From an uncultured Lachnospiraceae bacterium (GTDB lineage Bacteria; Bacillota; Clostridia; Lachnospirales; Lachnospiraceae): DNA of 64,000 nt. Below are positions 1 to 6,797 of the stretch, piece by piece. The DNA lies in the NCBI GenBank assembly GCA_964584155.1, contig CAZOYS010000001.1, forward strand, positions 23,953 to 87,952. Reading direction: 5' to 3'. The notes under the pieces are model-generated. The model saw only the letters and a program-made list of their open reading frames with translations, searched no databases and was not told the origin of the DNA. Position 1 is the first letter of the stretch. Every line of letters begins with the position of its first letter. The translations under genes and the position numbers were made by a program.

Positions 1-2
1 GC

Positions 3-995
3 CTTATCCGCCGCATCAAGACCCAGTGGATTGTCATTGTCTCCATAGGTCTGACTGTCCTGGGCCTCCTTGGCTTTTCATTTTCGAGTGCCTACTGGAT
101 GCTCTTTCTTTGGGCTGTCCCCTATGGCCTAGGGGCGGGCTCCATCGATGCGGCCGTGAACAATTATGTGGCATTGCATTATAAGTCTTCGGTCATGAAC
201 TTTCTCCACTGTTTCTACGGGGTGGGGGCCGTCATCAGTCCCTTCATCATGTCCCGGGCCCTGGCTGTTGCCCATTGGAACGACGGCTACCGGTGGACAT
301 CTTTCCTGCAGCTCGGCATTATGGCTGTATGTATCCTGTCCATTCCTCTCTGGAAGCAGAACGAGAGCCCGGAGGCAGAGGAAACAGTGAAGGACAGCGC
401 AGGAATTGCCGAGACGATCAAGGTTCCCGGTGTTGTTCTGACATTGATTTCCTTCTTTGCCTACTGCTCCGGAGAAGCCACCTGCTTCCTCTGGACACCA
501 TCCTACTTCGCAGGAACGAAAGAGGGACTTTCTGCGGAAACCATTGCCTCTTTCGGCTCCCTGATCTTCGGCGGCCTTATGCTGGGCCGTCTCATCGCAG
601 GTTTCATTTCCAACAAGCTTGGAGACAAGAAACTAATTCGATTGGGCATCGCTGTAGAGCTCACAGGTATTCTTCTCGTATTTCTTCCTACACCGGGGTA
701 TATTGTTGATGCCATCGGTTTCGTCGTCATCGGAACCGGAATGGGACCTATTTATCCGGCCATACAGCACCTGGCCCCCTTGAACTTCGGCAAGCGCTAC
801 AGCGCGGCGGCCATAGGTATGCAGATGGCATCTGCCTACGTGGGCAGTACAATTTCTCCCATGGTTTTCGGTCTTCTGCAGCAGGCTGTCGGCATCGGCT
901 TCATGCCCCTGTGGATTCTTCTTTTTGCAGTCTTAAATATTACTTTTATGGAGCTTACGTACAAAGTAGCCGGAAAAGGACAGTCACAGAAATAG
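3..995 (+). CDS. MFS transporter, 5'-partial (continues upstream of the window)
   Basis: The frame is open from base 3 with no stop before the listed 99..995 ORF. The product is hydrophobic and multi-TM with a glycine-rich MFS-like composition. Confidence 0.8.
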   Translation, partial: LIRRIKTQWIVIVSIGLTVLGLLGFSFSSAYWMLFLWAVPYGLGAGSIDAAVNNYVALHYKSSVMNFLHCFYGVGAVISPFIMSRALAVAHWNDGYRWTSFLQLGIMAVCILSIPLWKQNESPEAEETVKDSAGIAETIKVPGVVLTLISFFAYCSGEATCFLWTPSYFAGTKEGLSAETIASFGSLIFGGLMLGRLIAGFISNKLGDKKLIRLGIAVELTGILLVFLPTPGYIVDAIGFVVIGTGMGPIYPAIQHLAPLNFGKRYSAAAIGMQMASAYVGSTISPMVFGLLQQAVGIGFMPLWILLFAVLNITFMELTYKVAGKGQSQK

Positions 996-1011
996 TTTAT
1001 AAATTGTTTAC

Positions 1012-1040
1012 TTGACCATACTGCATTAGTGTTTCATAAT
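1012..1040 (+). promoter_or_regulatory. Sigma-A type promoter, TTGACC-17 nt-CATAAT, upstream of the glutathione peroxidase gene
   Basis: TTGACC at 1012-1017, a 17-nt spacer, and CATAAT at 1035-1040, read directly from the sequence. Confidence 0.55.
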
Positions 1041-1047
1041 CCTATCA

Positions 1048-1069
1048 GAAATTAGCTATATCTAATTTC
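1048..1069. promoter_or_regulatory. Perfect 8-bp inverted repeat GAAATTAG-N6-CTAATTTC, candidate operator
   Basis: The two arms are exact reverse complements. The repeat starts 8 nt downstream of the -10 hexamer, so it overlaps the likely transcription start. Confidence 0.45.
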
Positions 1070-1130
1070 ACTGAAATAACGAATACCTTTTGGTTCAGAC
1101 TTTGCAAAGATGAAGGAAAGGAAGGATTTT

Positions 1131-1673
1131 ATGGGATTTTATGACTGTGAAGTAGAAAAGACTGACGGTACCATGCAGAGCATGGCTGACTTCAAGGGCG
1201 AGGTCGTGATGGTCGTAAATACAGCAACCGGCTGTGGTTTCACGCCCCACTATGAGCCGATGGAAGAGATGTATCATGACTTCCATGACAGGGGCTTTGA
1301 AATAGTCGATGTCCCCTGCAACCAGTTCGCCGGCCAGACGCCGGGAACGGACGAGGAAATCCATGAATTCTGTACACTTAAGTACCACACGGAATTCCCC
1401 CAGATGAAGAAAGCCGATGTGAACGGGGAGAATGCGATTCCTCTTTTCAAGTACCTGAAGAGCCAGAAGGGCTTTGAAGGCTTCGGTAAAGGCCCCAAGG
1501 CTTTCGCTATGGGCGCCATGCTGAAAAAGATTGACAAGGATTATAAGAACAATTCCGAGATCAAATGGAATTTCACGAAGTTTGTCATCAACCGGGACGG
1601 AGAGGTGGTTGCCCGTTTCGAGCCCACGACGGATATGAAGGACGTGCGGGCTTTCGTGGAAGGACTTCTGTAA
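1131..1673 (+). CDS. Glutathione peroxidase family protein (Cys type)
   Basis: Motifs NTATGCGFT, PCNQF and KWNFTKF match the GPx family. I prefer the ATG at 1131 because GAAAGGAAGGA lies just upstream. The listed ORF start at 1110 has no SD. Confidence 0.85.
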   Translation: MGFYDCEVEKTDGTMQSMADFKGEVVMVVNTATGCGFTPHYEPMEEMYHDFHDRGFEIVDVPCNQFAGQTPGTDEEIHEFCTLKYHTEFPQMKKADVNGENAIPLFKYLKSQKGFEGFGKGPKAFAMGAMLKKIDKDYKNNSEIKWNFTKFVINRDGEVVARFEPTTDMKDVRAFVEGLL

Positions 1674-1744
1674 TTTCAGCGGAGACACTCCCGTTAGGGC
1701 CTGCCTGCTGATTTTCCTGATCTCAACACGCAAATAATGAAAAG

Positions 1745-1785
1745 CCGGAGGCAGATTTCCCTTTTCTGTCTCCGGCTTATTTTCT
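1745..1785. terminator. Bidirectional intrinsic terminator between gpx (+) and the AraC gene (-)
   Basis: CCGGAGGCAGA / TCTGTCTCCGG forms an 11-bp stem with one mismatch and a 9-nt loop. It is flanked by an A-rich run 5' and a T-rich run 3'. Confidence 0.6.
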
Positions 1786-2774
1786 GTTTGTATGGTTTTC
1801 GACGGCGTACTGTCTTCGATAGGATAGAGGAGTGATTCCCGTCTGCTTCTTGAAGAAGGCGGAGAACTTGGATTGGCTTTGGTATCCGACTTTGGCTGCA
1901 ATTTCCGATATCGGAAGCAGGGTGGTCTCCAGCAGGTCTTTTGCTGCCTCAAGCCGCTTTTCCTTCAGGTAGTCGGATATTCCGCATCCGTAGGCCATGA
2001 GAAAATAGGTTTTAAGAGATGTCTCACTGGTCTTGAAGCGGGCGGACAGATTCCGGATGGAAACGGGATTGGAAAGATCCGCAGTGACGGCGCTTTCTGT
2101 TTCCTGCGCAATTTTCTGCTGCAAAGGTGTGAGCTTCGTGGAAGCCCTGTGCTTTCCGGCTGAAATATTGCACTGGAAGGTGGATATCAGGTGAATGGAA
2201 AGGGTCCGGATCCGGGCAATGGAAGCTGCATCCTCGGCCGGGCCGTCTTTATAAAGATTCCAAAGGGTCTCCGCCATTTTTCTTTCAGCGGAGGGTCTTT
2301 CACTGATGACTATGGATTTTCCTCCGGACAGAAGGCGTTCACGCAGGGCATCCGGGCTTTCAGAGAAGAGGGAGAGCACATAATCCGGCAGGCTTTCGAA
2401 TTTTGAAAGATCGATGGAAAACTCGATTCCTTCGTAGGGCAGGCAGTGGAAACAGAAGCGACTGTCGCCGCACCGGACGGATACGGCAGCTTCTCCGCTG
2501 TTCTGACAATCCTCCCGGCCGTCTGAATAGTGAAGATGGCGGGCCCCCGCAGGCAGTAATTGATTTCCACAACGGAAGCCGCTTTCGAAGAACGGGCGGC
2601 CGGCCAGGCATGGGCATACATCTCGATATAGGAGAGGTCGATTCCCGGAAGGATGGAAACGGAGAATTTTCCCAGAAAAATATCCAGCTTAAGGAGCCGG
2701 CCGGCTATGTAGGAAAAATGAAGGAGCTCTTCGTAATCAGCGGAAAGCCGGAGCTGGCCTCGAAAAATCTCCAC
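1777..2774 (-). pseudogene. AraC-family regulator (cupin-like N-domain plus C-terminal HTH) interrupted by a 1-nt frameshift near 2503-2507
   Basis: The N-terminal ORF 2310..2774 carries the EINYCLRG motif. The C-terminal frame (listed from 2379) is actually open upstream to beyond 2520 and reads ...QNSGEAAVSVRCGDSRFCFHCLPYEGIEFSIDL.... The two frames join sensibly at GRIV|QNSGE. Confidence 0.6.
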
Positions 2775-2930
2775 ATGACGCCGGAACAGTCAATAGAATT
2801 TATATGCAGCGGAGGGGAGGACAGCTACTGTACGAAGTTCGCGGTATTCGGTTTCCGCTATGCTCTGGTGGAAGCAGATTTTCCGGTACAGGCAGATGAT
2901 TTCGAGGCCATAGCTGTTTACTCGGATATG
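2775..2930 (+). pseudogene. Internal fragment resembling GH78 alpha-L-rhamnosidase (FGFRY...AIAVYSDM)
   Basis: The translated frame gives GGEDSYCTKFAVFGFRYALVEADFPVQADDFEAIAVYSDM. This recalls the HGFRYVEV...VVHSDM segment of GH78 enzymes, from memory only. There is no start context or full-length frame. Confidence 0.3.
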
Positions 2931-2970
2931 GCTGGATACAAGCGGAAAACCCATCCAGGCCCACGGTTTC

Positions 2971-3963
2971 ATGGTTTTCTACAATGAGGACGAGAAACTC
3001 TGGTACTGGTACGGAGAAAATAAAGAGGACACCCATAAGGGCGGCTCCATATGGACGAAGGGAGTGCGCTATTATACATCGAAGGACCTCTATAACTGGG
3101 AAGATCACGGACTTTTAATTGAACCGGCTGAGGACCTTTCAGAGCCCCTGCATCCCACCTACTGCATAGACAGGCCCCACATCATCTACTGTGAGAAGAC
3201 AAGGAAGTACATCTGCTGGATCAAGGTAATGGCGGGGGAGATTGCCCAGTTCGTGACAGTCCTTGAAGCGGACAGCTTCGGCGGTCCCTATCGGACAGTT
3301 CATAAGTTCTATAACCCTTACCACATGTATACGGGGGACTTCTTCCTCCATGTGGACCCGGTGACGAAGAAAGGATATATCTGGTTTGACCGGCCCCATT
3401 TTCAGCTTGTGTGCGCGACTCTTTCCGATGATTACTGCTCCGTCTCCGACGAGTACAGCGTGCACTATGACAGGCGCAAGCCGCCGTATACGAGAGAGGC
3501 TCCTGTGTATTTCGAGCGCAAGGGAAAGAAATATCTCTTCACTTCAGGAACGACCGGCTACTATCCGAATAAGTCCGATGTCTGCATATTCGACGACTAT
3601 CACGGAGAGTATCGGAGCCTGGGGGACCCTTGTATAGGTGATAAGTCTGATACGACCTTCAATTCCCAGATTACCTGCGTGATAAAGCTTCCCGGGACGG
3701 ATCATTATATCGCCCTGGCTGACCGCTGGATGCCCCAGTGGTACATTCCGAAGATGTCGAAGATGATCATTTCCGGCATGGAGAAGCATTTCCAAAAATA
3801 TCAGCCGGATATTGCACCGAAGGACATCACTTCCGTTCCGGGAAAGCTTCAAAAACACAGCGAAAACACCTGTAGGTCCCGCTATGTCTGGCTTCCGATT
3901 GAGTGGCAGGGCGAAAAGCCCGTCATTCGCTGGAGGAACGAGTGGATGGTGGAAGATCTGTAA
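2971..3963 (+). CDS. GH43-like glycoside hydrolase, probably 5'-truncated
   Basis: WYWYGENK, YTSKDLYNWEDHG and DRPHIIY motifs. The in-frame upstream sequence after the stop at 2911 reads LFTRIWLDTSGKPIQAHGF, a conserved N-terminal GH43 block. It has no start codon in front of it. Confidence 0.6.
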   Translation: MVFYNEDEKLWYWYGENKEDTHKGGSIWTKGVRYYTSKDLYNWEDHGLLIEPAEDLSEPLHPTYCIDRPHIIYCEKTRKYICWIKVMAGEIAQFVTVLEADSFGGPYRTVHKFYNPYHMYTGDFFLHVDPVTKKGYIWFDRPHFQLVCATLSDDYCSVSDEYSVHYDRRKPPYTREAPVYFERKGKKYLFTSGTTGYYPNKSDVCIFDDYHGEYRSLGDPCIGDKSDTTFNSQITCVIKLPGTDHYIALADRWMPQWYIPKMSKMIISGMEKHFQKYQPDIAPKDITSVPGKLQKHSENTCRSRYVWLPIEWQGEKPVIRWRNEWMVEDL

Positions 3964-3988
3964 CATCACCTGTTTTTTCGACATGCGA

Positions 3989-4545
3989 TTAGATATTCTG
4001 ATCCTGATTTAGAACTGTCTGTTCCTTCTCCATATCGTGGAAGAGCAGGCAGTTTTCTTCATGGCTGATGTAAATGGGGAAGGCAGGATCGGGCTTTTCA
4101 CCTTTCAGTAATTCCTCGAGATGAAAGACCTTTGTCGAAGCACCTTCAAAGACTGCAATATAGAGAATTCCCATTTCAACCAGGTCCTGGAACATGTGGC
4201 TGCCGTAAGAAAGCTCCGGGTTGTAGCCGTACTTCGATTCCGCAATTTCGCACAGGGCCTTGAAGTGGTCGATATCTGCAAATGCTGCAGGGACGCCAAG
4301 TTCCGGCGAGGAGGTTCCGAGCCGGCCTGGAGCGAAGAGAATCGCAGTCTGTCCTTTCTCACCGATTTCACGGTTTACTTCGCCAAAGTAGGCGGGCGAC
4401 ATCGGACTTCCTTTCATAGGGCAGGGCGTAATCGTCTTCCAGTGTGCCCAGCATTTTCCGCATGTCCTTGGCGGATATGGTTCAAGGCAGTATCAAGACC
4501 CGGAATGCCGGAACGGATGGGGTCGAAGGCAGGTATGATATGCTC
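3989..4545 (-). pseudogene. 3' remnant of a PEP/pyruvate-binding-domain family gene, truncated and frameshifted
   Basis: The ORF 3989..4417 carries APGRLGTSSPELGVP and SYGSHMFQDLVE motifs. Upstream homology continues in two other frames (IIPAFDPIRSGIPGLDTALNHI, then KDMRKMLGTLEDDYALPYERKSD) and ends at the TA promoter. Confidence 0.5.
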
Positions 4546-4575
4546 CTTTCATTTGCTATATTATAGATTCACGTA

Positions 4576-4604
4576 TTGCAAATTACAAGACATCGTATTA
4601 CAAT
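4576..4604 (+). promoter_or_regulatory. Promoter TTGCAA-17 nt-TACAAT with ATTRCAA repeats (candidate antitoxin operator)
   Basis: TTGCAA at 4576-4581 and TACAAT at 4599-4604. CGTATTGCAA (4572-4581) and CGTATTACAA (4594-4603) are direct repeats 22 bp apart. Confidence 0.55.
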
Positions 4605-4630
4605 CTATCCAATAGAAGGAGGTAACTGTC

Positions 4631-4930
4631 ATGAAAAATGCCACAGTCAGTGCCCGCGTTGAAGAGGACGTCAAGATTGAAGCTGAGGATATTCTGCAGA
4701 AACTTGGTGTTCCCGTTTCGGTTGTCATCAGTTCCTTGTATCGACAGATTATCTATACGAGAGGGATTCCCTTTGCACTTACCATACCTATAGAGCCGAA
4801 GGCAGCAGATGAATATACGGATGCAGCCCTGAACGCCAAGCTTGAACACAGTTATGAGCAGGCTCTCCGTGGAGACGGAAGACCATTAAATGATGTTTTC
4901 AGTGATCTTGAAAGGAGGCTGACTGATTGA
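4631..4930 (+). CDS. relB: RelB/DinJ-family type II antitoxin
   Basis: The N-terminus MKNATVSARVEEDVKIEAEDILQKLGVPVSVVISSLYRQI is typical of RelB/DinJ ribbon-helix-helix antitoxins. AGGAGG SD is present, and the stop overlaps the toxin start (TTGA). Confidence 0.85.
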   Translation: MKNATVSARVEEDVKIEAEDILQKLGVPVSVVISSLYRQIIYTRGIPFALTIPIEPKAADEYTDAALNAKLEHSYEQALRGDGRPLNDVFSDLERRLTD

Positions 4931-5271
4931 AATCCTATCAGATCATTGTAACACCTGACGCAGAAGCGGATCTTGCTGAAATCAGAGATTATATTGCTTA
5001 TAAGCTTCGCTCTCCGGAAACAGCCATTGAATATCTGGAAGATTTGAAAAGTGAGATTCAAAAGCTTTCCCATAGAGGCACCAGTATGGCTCCTGTTCCG
5101 GAGGAACCCTGGCATTCAAGAGGCTTACGGAAAGTTACGGCGAAGAAGTTTTATATTTACTATCTCGTAAGGGAAGATGTGGCTGCTGTTTTTGTAATGA
5201 ACGTGATTTATACCGGACGGGATCAGATCAAGGCACTTAGAGAAAAATTGAATTTACATTTGGAGCAATAG
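4927..5271 (+). CDS. parE: ParE/RelE-family type II toxin
   Basis: Size, the AEADLAEIRDYI N-terminal motif, and a 4-nt overlap with the antitoxin gene. The start is TTG. Confidence 0.8.
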   Translation: MKSYQIIVTPDAEADLAEIRDYIAYKLRSPETAIEYLEDLKSEIQKLSHRGTSMAPVPEEPWHSRGLRKVTAKKFYIYYLVREDVAAVFVMNVIYTGRDQIKALREKLNLHLEQ

Positions 5272-5274
5272 TTT

Positions 5275-5574
5275 ATGGTACGACATGTCATCATCTGGAA
5301 AATCAAAGACGAATATGCGGGGCAGGCCGCGGAAATCAAGGCCAATGTAAAGAAAGAGCTTGAGGCTTTGAACGGGCAGATACCCGGAATGAAGTCCCTT
5401 GTCATCCGGTCAGAGGGACTCCCGTCCTCGAACGGGGACCTGATGCTCGATGGGGAATATGATTCTGCAGAGGACTTGAATGCCTATTCCATACACCCGA
5501 AGCACGTACATGTGGCAGATACCTTCGTCCGGCCCTATATGCAGGTGCGGATGTGCTTTGATTATGAGGAATGA
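5275..5574 (+). CDS. Dabb (stress-responsive A/B barrel) family protein
   Basis: MVRHVIIWKIKDE...YSIHPKHVHVADTFVRP pattern and ~100 aa length. Confidence 0.8.
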   Translation: MVRHVIIWKIKDEYAGQAAEIKANVKKELEALNGQIPGMKSLVIRSEGLPSSNGDLMLDGEYDSAEDLNAYSIHPKHVHVADTFVRPYMQVRMCFDYEE

Positions 5575-5584
5575 GGACATTCAT

Positions 5585-6121
5585 ATGGGACACCACATCT
5601 ACTTCACCCGCCACGGCTGGTCGGAATGGAACGAGGCAAACAAGATCTGCGGGGTGACGGATATCCCCCTGACGGAAAAGGGGCGGGCCCAGGCTCGGGA
5701 ACTGGGACAGAAGTGCGTCGATGAAAATCTCGATTTTGATATGATTCTTGCATCGCCTCTGAAAAGAGCCTGTGAAACTGCGGAGATTGTGGCATCTATG
5801 ACCGGGAAGCCGCTCTCTGTCGAACCCCGCCTAATCGAGCAGAATTTCGGCCGCTTCGAGGGGACACCCCGGGACGGGGAAGAGTTCAAAGAGATGAAGC
5901 AGGTCTTTACCTACCGCTATGAGGGAGGGGAGTCCATGATGATGATGGCCCAGCGCATTTATAATCTTTTGGACGACCTGAAGAACCATGATCACACCTA
6001 CCTTCTTGTTGCCCACAACGGCATTTCCCGGGTCGTGAACTCCTACTTTCACGAGATGACGAATGAAGAGTACGCGGCCTTCGGTATACCGAATTGCGGG
6101 ATTCTCCGGTTTGATTTCTAG
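5585..6121 (+). CDS. Histidine phosphatase (phosphoglycerate mutase) family protein
   Basis: RHG motif (YFTRHGWSEWN) and LVAHNG near the C-terminus. I chose the ATG at 5585, which has GAGGA about 10 nt upstream. The listed 5480 start overlaps the Dabb gene. Confidence 0.85.
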   Translation: MGHHIYFTRHGWSEWNEANKICGVTDIPLTEKGRAQARELGQKCVDENLDFDMILASPLKRACETAEIVASMTGKPLSVEPRLIEQNFGRFEGTPRDGEEFKEMKQVFTYRYEGGESMMMMAQRIYNLLDDLKNHDHTYLLVAHNGISRVVNSYFHEMTNEEYAAFGIPNCGILRFDF

Positions 6122-6206
6122 TTTTCAGCCCTTATTTCGCTTCCAGCCCGCATTTTGAAAAATGACACGTTTCTGAAAAAACGGGCATATATTCCGTTGA
6201 CTGTAC

Positions 6207-6620
6207 ATGCTATCCTGTCACCCTGTGGTAAACTGTTTATGGAAGGGGAATGACGGACTCCTTGTCATGTACCAGAGTGAGCTTCCCTATAATGTGCCGG
6301 AGCCTTCCGCCTGGCGCTCCCATGATGGAGAAAAGTCCGGCTATGCCTCTATAAAAATCTACGATGCAGTCTCAGATTGGTCCGGATACGGAATCGGCAT
6401 CTATTCCTACAATCGGGACATCAAGGTCGAGGAGGTAAGTGCCATCGAACTCCCGGAAGAGGCGCCTGGCGTTACGATTCGCAATGTCCTCACGGTCATG
6501 CTGGCCGGGAATCCCGGCATTTCCAGTATCATTAATGAAAACGGTGGTCATGTCTACCATGCCGGTGATGTGGCCCGGCTTCTTCACTGGCCTATCCAAA
6601 GTGATACGGACAGGCAGTGA
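6207..6620 (+). pseudogene. Orphan C-terminal fragment of a larger secreted glycosidase-like (beta-helix type) protein
   Basis: YQSELPYNVP...GYGIGIYSYNRD...TVMLAGNPGISSIINENGG resembles, from memory, the conserved C-terminus of much longer proteins. There is no credible N-terminus or SD. Confidence 0.3.
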
Positions 6621-6797
6621 AAAAACATATCTTCTGCTCAGGCTTTCGCAGTCGGAATGCTCTGGATTCCGCAGATATTTGGCCTTTGACGGCTCCCTCT
6701 GAATTTCAAGTGCAGAGGAAGCCGTTTTCATATATAATGGGCGAGGCTTTTACTAAATACAACGGAATGAAAGTAGATATGGGAATATAGAATTTTT

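Noticed and set aside
1131-1673. Possible selenocysteine (UGA recoding) in the glutathione peroxidase
   Set aside because: The active-site residue is encoded by an ordinary TGT Cys codon (TGCGFT), and there is no in-frame TGA.
2403-2987. 194-aa + strand ORF
   Set aside because: Most of it is antisense to the AraC N-terminal region and has an Arg/Gly-rich shadow composition. Only its last ~50 codons carry the GH78-like fragment, which is reported separately.
5480-5584. N-terminal extensions implied by the ORF track (5480, 21403, 24796, 45192, 46930, 41057, 40576, 10441, 1110, 13940)
   Set aside because: The extensions overlap upstream genes or terminators, lack SD sequences and add non-conserved residues. 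Internal ATG/TTG starts with good SDs match the conserved family N-termini.
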